NCBI GenBank assembly: GCA_030154045.1
Contig: JASKKU010000004.1
Span: 1-42,974, forward strand
Origin: Candidatus Woesearchaeota archaeon
GTDB taxonomy: Archaea > Nanobdellota > Nanobdellia > Woesearchaeales > JASKKU01
Direction of reading: 5' to 3'
DNA: 42,974 bases
Shown: piece by piece, positions 1 through 8,822 of the stretch
Layout of the letters: each line of letters opens with the position of its first letter
How positions within the stretch are numbered: the stretch's first letter is position 1
Notes under the pieces: model-generated
Database searches by the model: none
The model's input: only the letters and a program-made list of their open reading frames with translations
Told to the model about the DNA's origin: nothing
Made by a program: the position numbers and the translations under genes

Positions 1-24
1 TTTTTAAAATTAAAATTTTATTTC

Positions 25-417
25 TTACTTTTTAGGTTTTTTGAACTTCTTGGTTACTAAGATCTCATAACCACAATTGTCACAAGTTACAACTAAAGTA
101 GGAACACCCTGCTTCATTTTTCGTTTGAAAGGTTGTTGTTTCTCTCCTTTATGCTTGCAGCTTGGACAGGTATACCTAACATTTGCAATCAAATCAGCTT
201 CATACTCTTTTGGGCTCATTGTGAAACCGCAGTTTGGACAAACGTAATCTGCTTTTTTAATAGGTCTGCCAGTTTTGCTCTTTGGTTTTGACATTACTGC
301 TCCGCACTTAGGACATTTCTTTTTGAAGACCCAGACAGTAACCTCTCCGCCATTCTCCAACTCTCGGTCAGTATAATAGAAAACCTCATCCATACTCTCT
401 GGAAATTTTAAAGCCAT
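25..417 (-). CDS. Hypothetical protein with four CxxC motifs (double zinc ribbon)
   Basis: CPKC, CPNC, CPSC and CDNC motifs in a basic 130-aa ORF; GGTGAG SD-like site just upstream on the minus strand; divergent from adk. Confidence 0.8.
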   Translation of the reverse strand: MALKFPESMDEVFYYTDRELENGGEVTVWVFKKKCPKCGAVMSKPKSKTGRPIKKADYVCPNCGFTMSPKEYEADLIANVRYTCPSCKHKGEKQQPFKRKMKQGVPTLVVTCDNCGYEILVTKKFKKPKK

Positions 418-499
418 ACTCTCACCAGGTTATTTGGATTTAGCCGAATTTAAAAAATTTTTTAAAATCTCTTATAAGCAATTATAGCAGGTGAACTAA

Positions 500-1114
500 A
501 TGAAGATCGTTTTGTTAGGTCCTCCTGGAAGTGGTAAAGGAACTCAAGCAAAGATCCTATCGGAAAAACTTGGTTTGAAACACATCTCAACAGGAGACCT
601 TTTAAGAGAAGAAACAAAAAAAGAGACCCCTTTAAGTAAAAAGATTAAAGAGATCTTGGATGAAGGAAAACTTATCTCAGATGAGTTTGTTTTCGAGATT
701 CTTAAACAGAACCTTCCTTCAGACAATTACATCTTAGATGGGCTCCCAAGAACAGTTTCTCAAGCCAAGATGTTAGATGACATGGTAAAAATTGATTTCA
801 TTTTTCTGATTGATGTGGAAGATGAGTTTATTGTGGAAAGAATTGTTAACAGGAGGATGTGTCCGAAATGTGGCAGGATTTACAACTTGAAAACCAATAA
901 GCCTAAGAATGATACTTTGTGTGATGTTTGTAGTGTTCCATTAATCCAAAGGGATGATGATAATGAGGAGGTCGTGAGAAAAAGATTAAGTGAATATCAT
1001 AACCAAACAGAGCCTGTTTTGGATTATTATTCTAGTAGATTGATACGAATTGATGGAGAAAAACCAATAGAGGAAGTAACCCAACAGATTTTATCAAAGA
1101 TCAATAGGCTTTAA
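500..1114 (+). CDS. adk: Adenylate kinase, bacterial type with Zn-binding LID
   Basis: GPPGSGKGTQ P-loop, HISTGDLLR, ILDGLPRT, LID CPKC...CDVC, QRDDD; GGTGA SD. Confidence 0.96.
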   Translation: MKIVLLGPPGSGKGTQAKILSEKLGLKHISTGDLLREETKKETPLSKKIKEILDEGKLISDEFVFEILKQNLPSDNYILDGLPRTVSQAKMLDDMVKIDFIFLIDVEDEFIVERIVNRRMCPKCGRIYNLKTNKPKNDTLCDVCSVPLIQRDDDNEEVVRKRLSEYHNQTEPVLDYYSSRLIRIDGEKPIEEVTQQILSKINRL

Positions 1115-1185
1115 GCTAGTTTTGAAGTAGTGTTTTATTGTTAAAATTTAAATTAATAAAGAAATGATAAAAAGAGGTGAGATTC

Positions 1186-1410
1186 TTAAAGATATTCTTG
1201 AAGAAGATAGTTCATAAAGATTAATCTGTAATTACGATCCTCCATTAATTTATTTTTTAATTCATCTTCTGTTTCAGTTAAATGGATTAAAAAAATTCTC
1301 CAATCCCCTTCGGTAGCTCTGTAGTCTTTAATTAGCGCAAATTTTTCTTGATCCAGTGTTGGAACTCTCAACCGATAGATTCCTAGCTGTCTAACACCAG
1401 GATTAATCAT
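1186..1410 (-). CDS. Small hypothetical protein
   Basis: 74-aa ORF filling the gap after adk; no recognisable motif. Confidence 0.4.
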   Translation of the reverse strand: MINPGVRQLGIYRLRVPTLDQEKFALIKDYRATEGDWRIFLIHLTETEDELKNKLMEDRNYRLIFMNYLLQEYL

Positions 1411-1497
1411 TCCGAAATTCCAAGGGCTATTTTAATGCCATATTTTATATAAACAAATACGTTAATAGCACTACTTTTAGAAATCTTTTTAAACAAA

Positions 1498-1737
1498 ATG
1501 TGTTACTACTTAATTATGAAAAAAGATTATTTGTCAAATAAAAAGGAAAGTGAAAAGTATTCTTATTCATTAAATGAGTTTTATCACTTATTTAAAACTG
1601 AAACTTCTATGCAACACAAAGTAGTAAGTCTTTTAGAAAAGATGATTATGGGTCTTTCTTATATTACAAAGAATTCTTATAAACAAACTCTTTGGCCAGA
1701 GGATGTTAAACAGTTAGAGAAGAAATATAAAGTTTAG
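1498..1737 (+). CDS. Small hypothetical protein (ATG at 1516 is a plausible alternative start)
   Basis: ORF preceded by a TTTTTAAA TATA-like box; no motif. Confidence 0.4.
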   Translation: MCYYLIMKKDYLSNKKESEKYSYSLNEFYHLFKTETSMQHKVVSLLEKMIMGLSYITKNSYKQTLWPEDVKQLEKKYKV

Positions 1738-1801
1738 TCTTTTAATTTACATTCTTTAAAACCGAAAACTTTATTTATTACTTGATACAAAAAATCAGCA
1801 G

Positions 1802-2305
1802 ATGAAAATTCTTGAGCGTGAAGAGTACATTAACATATTGCAACAAGACTCAAACAAATCGCCTATAGATTCTCTTGAAGAAAAAATAAAAAGAGCGTTT
1901 GATTCTAGGTTAAATGATAAAAGAGGCGAACCTGCAGTCCTTCACAGAAATTATACTGATCGCTTTTTTATAGAACATAATGAGATTAACTTCAAGTGCG
2001 ACCTTCTGTATTATGATTCAAAGATTCACACCTTGTATGTATTTAAAACTTTATCTGAGAACACTAAAATTAATAAACAGCGAGCAAGAGACGAGCTTAA
2101 TGTTTGGACGCAGTATCCTATTAACCTATTTGAATTTGCAGTTAGAGAAGGTTATTTAGTTTACAACGAAGATGGTAAACTCCGGGGAGAACTCGTTTTT
2201 ACAATCTCGGATTCCCGTTTTTATCGCAAGTATATTTTTGATAAAAATTCTGAAGGGATACTAAACAATTATCAGAACTTCTTTAGAAAAGTTCTAAACC
2301 TTTGA
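1802..2305 (+). CDS. Hypothetical protein, possibly a degenerate PD-(D/E)XK fold
   Basis: 167-aa ORF with a BRE/TATA-like upstream sequence (ccgaaaactttattta); CDLLYYD...LYVFKT...ARDEL pattern. Confidence 0.6.
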   Translation: MKILEREEYINILQQDSNKSPIDSLEEKIKRAFDSRLNDKRGEPAVLHRNYTDRFFIEHNEINFKCDLLYYDSKIHTLYVFKTLSENTKINKQRARDELNVWTQYPINLFEFAVREGYLVYNEDGKLRGELVFTISDSRFYRKYIFDKNSEGILNNYQNFFRKVLNL

Positions 2306-2363
2306 AACCCATTGGACATTTATGCGCACAGCCTTTATATTTCCGCTTTCTAACTTAACTTGT

Positions 2364-2648
2364 ATGAACGAAAAAATTTGCCCCAATTGTTTGGAAATTT
2401 ATGATACTGCTGAATTATTCTGCCCAAAATGTAATGAAAGTTTAGAAAATTATTTTGAATATTTTCAAGTTTTGGAATCTAAGTTGAAACAGGAATTAAA
2501 GAACAAACCTTTATCAAAAAAAGAGTTAAAGCGAACTTTAGAATACTACCGTTCCTTAAGAAACGATTTTAAGCAGCTTAGTAACAAACAGTTTGTTATA
2601 CGTACTTTTCAGAGACTCATTGACAAGATAGAGAAAGCAATTTATTAA
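2364..2648 (+). CDS. Zinc-ribbon protein with helical C-terminus
   Basis: CPNC-x10-CPKC; start moved to ATG 2364 because a TTTATAT box at 2334 lies inside the longer ORF-track call; 3' end overlaps truD by 4 nt. Confidence 0.7.
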   Translation: MNEKICPNCLEIYDTAELFCPKCNESLENYFEYFQVLESKLKQELKNKPLSKKELKRTLEYYRSLRNDFKQLSNKQFVIRTFQRLIDKIEKAIY

Positions 2649-3676
2649 ATCAAATCAACAAACAAATCTTTGATAACCATTGTTGCGTACGAACCAGGAG
2701 GCAATTCGAAGCTAAGTTTTATTTTTTTCTTGCCTTTGTTTAATTCATCAGCCGTTTCTTCCAGCACTTTAAAGTTCTCAACTTTTATGAATGCATCCCT
2801 TGGCATGGCTTCGTTGGAGATCTCTGGTATGGATTTAATAATGAAACTTCTATCAGTAATGTTTTCTTCTCTTAAAATCTCATCGTAAATTTGCTTAATT
2901 TCTTGTTTATAGATTACAATGTCATTTATCTCCTCATCTAATCCAAACCCTGGAATTGGAACCTTTAAATCGTTTTTTATCTTGCTTATATTTTTATTCT
3001 TAATAAACACAAAACCAAGCTTTTCAATAACATTATCTTCTTCAATTGACTTAATCAATCTCATTAAAACCTGATTAAAGATATAACTTCCATAAGCGCT
3101 CAAAAAGAACCTGATCTGATACTTTGTGAACTTCTCTCTTATTTCATTAAAATCTGAAATTTTCATTGCATTAATTAATTCTCCAAAATTTCCTGTAATG
3201 ATTGCTTTTCCCAACTTCAAGGCATTAAGATCCCGTCCAAACCTCTGTGAATCATAGTAGTTTGGAATTTTGCTAGGTTCTCTTTTGAGTTCAAAAGATG
3301 CCGGCAAGTCTCTTACAGTTATAGTAAACCTATTACCTTTAGCAAATCCAATAGAAACAGGCCTTTTACCTCTTCCCGCAAACCAAATCTCTATTTCATC
3401 ATCTTTGTAAACCAAGCCATTCTCATCACTTTTCAGCTTGCCTTTCACAGAAAAGATCTGTTTAGTTATCGCTTTCTTATCCTTAATGCCGGAAAACGAG
3501 ATTTCCTTAATTTTTTTTCTTGTAATCTTAGAGACCTTCTTAATTGCTTTTTGTTGTTCTATGTTTTTTTTGATTAACCAGTAATAGTAATGAATCCCGA
3601 AACCATTATCTTTTAAGAAGTAATCATAAGGAATCTCTTCAACAATGAAATCTTCAGGCAACTCCTTGATTTTCAT
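2645..3676 (-). CDS. truD: tRNA pseudouridine(13) synthase TruD
   Basis: PEDFIVEE, GIKDKKAITKQ (catalytic Asp), GNRFTITVR, PNYYDSQRFG, LSFELPPGSYAT. Confidence 0.95.
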   Translation of the reverse strand: MKIKELPEDFIVEEIPYDYFLKDNGFGIHYYYWLIKKNIEQQKAIKKVSKITRKKIKEISFSGIKDKKAITKQIFSVKGKLKSDENGLVYKDDEIEIWFAGRGKRPVSIGFAKGNRFTITVRDLPASFELKREPSKIPNYYDSQRFGRDLNALKLGKAIITGNFGELINAMKISDFNEIREKFTKYQIRFFLSAYGSYIFNQVLMRLIKSIEEDNVIEKLGFVFIKNKNISKIKNDLKVPIPGFGLDEEINDIVIYKQEIKQIYDEILREENITDRSFIIKSIPEISNEAMPRDAFIKVENFKVLEETADELNKGKKKIKLSFELPPGSYATMVIKDLFVDLI

Positions 3677-3733
3677 CAGCTTAAAGAAATTAGTTAAATT
3701 TATAAATAGTTCTCTTTTTCAATCCTTCATAAA

Positions 3734-3819
3734 GTGGGGGTGCCGGAGCCTGGCCAAACGGGCAGGACTTAAGATCCTGTGGCAAAGCGCCTGCGCGGGT
3801 TCGAATCCCGTCCCCCACA
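3734..3819 (+). tRNA. tRNA-Leu(TAA), long variable arm, CCA not encoded
   Basis: Acceptor GTGGGGG/CCCCCAC+A; anticodon arm CAGGA-CTTAAGA-TCCTG; GGTTCGAATCC T arm; TTTATAAATA box upstream. Confidence 0.96.
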
Positions 3820-3874
3820 TTTTTAAGCAAAACTTTTTAAATGCTTCTTTAATCCCATAAGCTAGGTGAATCTG

Positions 3875-4183
3875 ATGAAGATACCAAAGAAGATAAAGAG
3901 ATATTGTCCGCATTGTAAAACTCACGTTGAAATGACCGTAAGGAGTGCCAAGAGAAGAGACCGAAGTTCTCTAAAGAGAGGTTCTAAGCAGAGAGCTATG
4001 GCTCGAGGACTTAACAGAGGAGCCGGAAACCACGGCAGGTATTCTAAAGGTGCGCTATCAAGTTGGAAGAGGTACAACAAGAAAAAATCCAAGAAAACTG
4101 ATTTAAGGTTTACCTGTCCAAATTGTGGTAAGACTATTGCTCAATCAGAAGGTAAAAGAGCTAAGAGAATCGAGTTCGTATGA
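3875..4183 (+). CDS. rpl44e: 50S ribosomal protein L44e
   Basis: MKIPKKIKRYCPHCKTH...KTDLRFTCPNCGK; GGTGA SD before ATG 3875. Confidence 0.95.
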   Translation: MKIPKKIKRYCPHCKTHVEMTVRSAKRRDRSSLKRGSKQRAMARGLNRGAGNHGRYSKGALSSWKRYNKKKSKKTDLRFTCPNCGKTIAQSEGKRAKRIEFV

Positions 4184-4192
4184 GGTGTAAAA

Positions 4193-4372
4193 ATGTTAAG
4201 AGAACCAAAAAGCTTTTTTGTTAAGGTCAGATGTAACAAATGCAAGAATGAACAGATTATCTTTTCCCATCCTTCAACTGAGGTTAAATGTTTAGTTTGT
4301 GGAGAGGTTTTAGCTTTGCCTACTGGCGGAAAAGCCACAATTAACGCCCAAGTGCTGGAGACACTTAAATAA
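4193..4372 (+). CDS. rps27e: 30S ribosomal protein S27e (59 aa, not in ORF track)
   Basis: Hand translation [59 protein letters not shown]; GAGGTG SD; canonical operon position. Confidence 0.96.
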   Translation: MLREPKSFFVKVRCNKCKNEQIIFSHPSTEVKCLVCGEVLALPTGGKATINAQVLETLK

Positions 4373-4380
4373 AGAGTATC

Positions 4381-5184
4381 ATGAGTGAAATAAATCTGCT
4401 TTTCAGGAAAAATGGACATCCTCATGAGGATGAGTTCGTTCTTTGTGAAGTTGAAAGTATATCTAGGAATTCGGTTTTCGTTTCTTTAATTGAATACGAA
4501 GGTTATCGAGGGATTATCCCTATTTATGAAATTGCTCCTGGAAGAATCAGAAACATACGTAAGTATGTAAAGGAAGGCAAGGTTATCGTATGCAAGGTTC
4601 TTAATGTTGACCCGTTAAGAAAGCATGTTACTGTTTCTTTAAGAAGAGTTTCTGAACGAGAAACAAAGAACAAGATTTCTTGGTTGAAACAGGAGCAGGA
4701 TGCTGAAAAAGTCCTTGAAGTAGTTTCTCAAAGAACTGGTTATGATTTAAAAGAACTTTTTGTTAGTCTTACAAGGGCTTTGCCAAAGAACTACGAGAAC
4801 CTATTTGATTTCTTTCAAGATATCTCTGCAGGAGATGCCAAGATTAAAACCGATTTGCCAAAAGATATTGAACAAGAGGTTGTTAAGACCATTAAAGAAA
4901 GAATCAAGCCAAAAGAAGTTATTATGTCTGCAGACTTCACCGTAACTTCAACTTTGCCAGATGGCTTGGAAGTAATACGAAGTTTGTTCACAACTTTAAA
5001 ATCAAAGTATTCTAAGGAAAACGCGCATTTTCAGTATAGCGGTGGTGGAAAGTATACTGTGAGAATAACAACTAAAGATGTTAAACATGCGGATTCTATT
5101 CTGAAGAACATCTTTTCAGATATCGAAACAATAGTGGGAAATAAAGCTAGTTTTGCATTCCTTTCAAAAACAGTTAAAAAATGA
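4381..5184 (+). CDS. eif2a: Translation initiation factor aIF-2 alpha
   Basis: N-terminal S1 domain (GRIRNIRKYVKEGKVIVCKVL...VSLRRV); follows rps27e. Confidence 0.93.
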   Translation: MSEINLLFRKNGHPHEDEFVLCEVESISRNSVFVSLIEYEGYRGIIPIYEIAPGRIRNIRKYVKEGKVIVCKVLNVDPLRKHVTVSLRRVSERETKNKISWLKQEQDAEKVLEVVSQRTGYDLKELFVSLTRALPKNYENLFDFFQDISAGDAKIKTDLPKDIEQEVVKTIKERIKPKEVIMSADFTVTSTLPDGLEVIRSLFTTLKSKYSKENAHFQYSGGGKYTVRITTKDVKHADSILKNIFSDIETIVGNKASFAFLSKTVKK

Positions 5185-5357
5185 ATCATATTCTTAGATG
5201 TCCAAAGTGTAAGGAATACACTTTGCAAGAGATATGTAGTTTATGTAATGTTGAAACTATTAGACCTATTCCTCCAAAGTACTCTCCTGAAGACAAGTAC
5301 GGCCATTACAGAAGGTTAGCAAAATTTGAAGAGCGAAAACAAAAAGGATTAATTTAA
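5181..5357 (+). CDS. nop10: H/ACA RNP protein Nop10 (58 aa, not in ORF track)
   Basis: Hand translation MNHILRCPKCKEYTLQEICSLCNVETIRPIPPKYSPEDKYGHYRRLAK...; ATGA overlap with aIF-2alpha. Confidence 0.95.
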   Translation: MNHILRCPKCKEYTLQEICSLCNVETIRPIPPKYSPEDKYGHYRRLAKFEERKQKGLI

Positions 5358-5379
5358 TTTTAACCTATAAGGTCTTAAA

Positions 5380-6114
5380 ATGGTAAGTTTCTTTAAGAAG
5401 AGGAAGGTAATTGCATTGCAAGGCTTTCCAGGAATTGGCAATGTTGGAAAACTTCTGATTGATTATCTTGTTAGATTTTACAAACCAGAAAAAGTCAAGA
5501 AAATAACTAGCAATTATTTGCCAAACATTGTTTTTGTTAGGGAACAAAACCTCATTGAGCCACCACAGATAATCCTTTACAAGAAATCATTAAAAGACCT
5601 TGACCTCCTTCTTCTTTCAGGAAATGTTCAACCAAATGATGATTATAGTGCTTATGTAATATCTGACCTTATTTCTAAGGAGCTAGCCAAAGAGAATGTT
5701 TCTCAACTCATAGCTTTTGGCGGTATAGGCCTGCCAGTTGAACCAGAAAACCCTAAACTGTTTATTGCAGGCACTGATAAACAATTAGTTGAGGCTATCA
5801 AGAAAAAGTATAAATTAAAGGATTCTTTTGGAATAGTTACTCATATCTCAGGCTTGGCAGGCTTAGTCCCGCTCTCATGTGAAAAAAGAGGCATAAGTTC
5901 TATAATAATCATAGCAGAAACCTTTGCCAATCCATTTTATCTTGGGATTCCTAGTACAAGAGCCGCACTTAAATTTGTTAAGAAGTATTTGAACTTGGAA
6001 GTCAATGTCTCTAAGTTTGATAAAGAATTCACTATTAAAACAAAGAAAAAAATTAAAGCAAAGACTGAGCAGACCCCATTAAATGAGGTCAATGATTTAA
6101 GCTATATTGGTTAA
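5380..6114 (+). CDS. Proteasome assembly chaperone, PAC2 family
   Basis: GFPGIGNVGKL, C-terminal LSYIG; canonical position after nop10. Confidence 0.9.
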   Translation: MVSFFKKRKVIALQGFPGIGNVGKLLIDYLVRFYKPEKVKKITSNYLPNIVFVREQNLIEPPQIILYKKSLKDLDLLLLSGNVQPNDDYSAYVISDLISKELAKENVSQLIAFGGIGLPVEPENPKLFIAGTDKQLVEAIKKKYKLKDSFGIVTHISGLAGLVPLSCEKRGISSIIIIAETFANPFYLGIPSTRAALKFVKKYLNLEVNVSKFDKEFTIKTKKKIKAKTEQTPLNEVNDLSYIG

Positions 6115-6197
6115 CCTAAATCAAATATTTTATAAATAAAACTATTTTTATTAAGTTCATAGATCTAGATTTCGATAATTCAAAAAAGGTGTTAATA

Positions 6198-6830
6198 ATG
6201 TTTGATGGCATAAAATCAGTGTTCAGAAGACTTTTTTCAAAGATTTTTAAACGAAAAAAGAGTATGAAGTTAGGTTTGTATGGTCCTCCTAACGGCGGAA
6301 AGACAACTTTGGCTAATCGAATTTGTTTAGATTGGTTGGGAGAAGAGATGGGTGTTGTTTCTAATATTCCACACGAAACTAGAGAAATAAATGTTAAAGA
6401 ACAGATTACCGCAAAATACGAGGATAAAGAACTCACTTTTAATTTGGTTGATACTCCAGGAATTGCTACAAAGATTGATTATGAAGACTTTGTTAAAGCA
6501 GGCTTAGACGAAGAAACCGCTAAGGAACGAGCAAAAGAAGCCACTCAAGGTATTATTGATGCTATAAAATGGTTAGATGATATGGACATTGTTATAGTAG
6601 TTCTTGATTCTACTAAGGACCCAATGAACCAAGTTAATATAACCATTTTGGGCAATTTACAAGCAAGAGGGATTCCTGTAATAATTGCAGCAAACAAGAT
6701 TGATTTGAAGAAGTCTAATGTTAAGAGAATCGAGAAGGTTTTTCCACAGTACAAAATCGTTGGAATATCTGCAAAGTATGGCAAGAATATGGATGAACTT
6801 TACAAAGCTTTGTTCGAGATGGTGAAATAA
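6198..6830 (+). CDS. oapA: Small Era-like GTPase OapA/ArvA with N-terminal amphipathic helix
   Basis: GPPNGGKT, PHETRE, DTPG and NKID motifs; GGTG SD before ATG 6198; followed by DUF2073 and DUF2072 genes. Confidence 0.88.
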   Translation: MFDGIKSVFRRLFSKIFKRKKSMKLGLYGPPNGGKTTLANRICLDWLGEEMGVVSNIPHETREINVKEQITAKYEDKELTFNLVDTPGIATKIDYEDFVKAGLDEETAKERAKEATQGIIDAIKWLDDMDIVIVVLDSTKDPMNQVNITILGNLQARGIPVIIAANKIDLKKSNVKRIEKVFPQYKIVGISAKYGKNMDELYKALFEMVK

Positions 6831-6831
6831 A

Positions 6832-7266
6832 ATGATATCTTTAGAATTTATTCCACATTACAAACTTTCAGGACTTGATGCAGAAGAAAAGATTAAACTT
6901 ATTTTGAAATCTGTTAAACAGAACAGGATTGTACTAATCCAAGGAAGACTTAACAGGGAAGAGGAAGCAGAACTAATTAAGCAAACTATGAAAAGCATAA
7001 ATGACAACTTTACAGGCATTGAGCCAGCCATATTTTATCCAGAAATTAAAAAAGAAGGTTCAATCTTAACATATCTAAGAGAAAAACTAATTAACTTGTT
7101 TTTGGCAGACAGACAAGGTTTAACTTTGATTGGACCTGCTAGCATAGTTAAAGAGATAAGACAAGATCCTGATAAACTGCAGTTATATATTGATTTAGAG
7201 CTTAAGAAGTCTAAGTCCAAGAAATCTAAATCTAGTAACTTATCTAAAAAATCTAAAAGAAAATAA
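6832..7266 (+). CDS. oapB: DUF2073 family protein OapB/ArvB
   Basis: EEEAELIKQTM...FTGIE...GLTLIGPA; operon position. Confidence 0.85.
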   Translation: MISLEFIPHYKLSGLDAEEKIKLILKSVKQNRIVLIQGRLNREEEAELIKQTMKSINDNFTGIEPAIFYPEIKKEGSILTYLREKLINLFLADRQGLTLIGPASIVKEIRQDPDKLQLYIDLELKKSKSKKSKSSNLSKKSKRK

Positions 7267-7284
7267 ACCCTGAGAGAGTGTAAA

Positions 7285-7674
7285 ATGCCTCACCAATGCG
7301 TACACTGCGGAGCAATCTATGAAGATAATGCTAAGGAGATTCTTGAAGGTTGTTCTCGCTGCGGTTCAAAATTGTTCTTCTATATTCGTAAAGAAAGGCT
7401 TGAAGAGTTGAAGAACTTTAGGACTAAGCTTTCTGAAGATGAGATAAAAAAGATTGAAGATGACATTTTGGATTTAATCGGGGAAGAAGTTGATAAAAAT
7501 AAGCCTGTTGTTCTTGATTTAGAAACCGTTAGGGTTGACAAAGAAGGAAAATACCTAATTGATTTGGTTAACTTATTCAAAGGTTCACCCTTAATTTACA
7601 AAGTGGCTGAGGGCAAGTACTATATAGACTTAAAGCAAAGTTTTGATTCTTTGAGAAAAGACAAGAAAAAATAA
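7285..7674 (+). CDS. oapC: Zn-ribbon DUF2072 family protein OapC/ArvC
   Basis: MPHQCVHCG...ILEGCSRCGSKLF...GKYLIDL. Confidence 0.88.
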   Translation: MPHQCVHCGAIYEDNAKEILEGCSRCGSKLFFYIRKERLEELKNFRTKLSEDEIKKIEDDILDLIGEEVDKNKPVVLDLETVRVDKEGKYLIDLVNLFKGSPLIYKVAEGKYYIDLKQSFDSLRKDKKK

Positions 7675-7711
7675 TTTTATTTTTACTTCTCTATTAAATT
7701 TGATTTTAAAT

Positions 7712-8734
7712 TTAATTAATATCATAACGCAGAATTGCTGCTATACCTCCAAGAGCATCTAGTTGTTTAGAGGCTTCCGGAGTAATTACTGTGACTTTTC
7801 CGTTCATTTGTTCTACCAGGTTCATGATTTCATTTAGTTCTTCAAAATTATCTTCATTCTTGAGTTCAATGATTTTCTTCTCGCTAACTATTAACTCATC
7901 CACAGCGCCAATACTTGCAGCGTTTTTAACCTCATTGAAACCATAGGCAATTTTATCATTCTTACTAATCCTAACAAGAACCTCATCAACTTTCTTTAAA
8001 TCACTTGCTATCTTGAGTTTTGACACCTCTTGCTTTATCTCATCGCTTAACAGCACTTCCCTTAATCCTGATTCGTTAATTGAACTGATACTTGTGAATA
8101 TGACTTTATTAGAAAGCTCCCTTTCGGCAAGTTCCTTGAGTTTGTTTTTGAACAAGAAAGAACAACCAATAATTACCGCATCCACATTTTTAGTAGTTAA
8201 AAATGATTTTATCTCTTTAATGAACTCTGTATAGTATTCTTTGTCTTCATTAATTCTTTTTGAGGAAGGAAAACTCTTTTTTGAAAGAATCTTTATGCCA
8301 GAATTTGTTGCTTCAGCAAACAACCAATCGTTTCTGTCAAAAAGCGCAATAAGAAACACATACTTGGCCTTTTTGCTCTCCTCAAGCTTATCCTTAAAAT
8401 AACTGTTTATCTCTTTTTTCTTTAATTCAATCTTGTCTCCGCTTTCCACATTGATGGATTGATATGAATTCTTGGGAACATCTTCGTGTTCCAGCAATGT
8501 TTTACCGAGAATCTTTAATTGATTTCCCTTGTACTCAACCTTTTCAACTTGTAATGTTGTGAAGAATACTATTTTCTTGACTTCCTTGCTGTTCTCTAAA
8601 CTTATTTTTCTATAAGCTTTTCCAGAAACCAAGTCGTCTTTAGAAATCATCAAGTATAGGTTCCATAAATCATCATCATTATCAATTAAAAATACAAATT
8701 CCTTATTCTTGAAATCTTCTTTTAAAACCTTCAT
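7712..8734 (-). CDS. pelA: Ribosome rescue factor Pelota/Dom34
   Basis: DDLWNL N-terminus; IAYGFNEV; C-terminal QLDALGGIAAILRY. Confidence 0.93.
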   Translation of the reverse strand: MKVLKEDFKNKEFVFLIDNDDDLWNLYLMISKDDLVSGKAYRKISLENSKEVKKIVFFTTLQVEKVEYKGNQLKILGKTLLEHEDVPKNSYQSINVESGDKIELKKKEINSYFKDKLEESKKAKYVFLIALFDRNDWLFAEATNSGIKILSKKSFPSSKRINEDKEYYTEFIKEIKSFLTTKNVDAVIIGCSFLFKNKLKELAERELSNKVIFTSISSINESGLREVLLSDEIKQEVSKLKIASDLKKVDEVLVRISKNDKIAYGFNEVKNAASIGAVDELIVSEKKIIELKNEDNFEELNEIMNLVEQMNGKVTVITPEASKQLDALGGIAAILRYDIN

Positions 8735-8822
8735 TGTTAATTGTTAAATTAATTCTCATTTTTATAACTTTGTATGCTTTGTAGGATAAACCTTTTAAAT
8801 ATCGTTCTTTTAACAAGTTCTG

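Noticed and set aside
3645-3925. ORF-track ORFs 3645-3860(+) and 3719-3925(-)
   Set aside because: They overlap tRNA-Leu
6115-6197. Replication origin next to oapABC, by analogy with haloarchaea
   Set aside because: Only ~80 bp of AT-rich sequence, no ORB/G-string repeats, no cdc6/orc1 gene in the window
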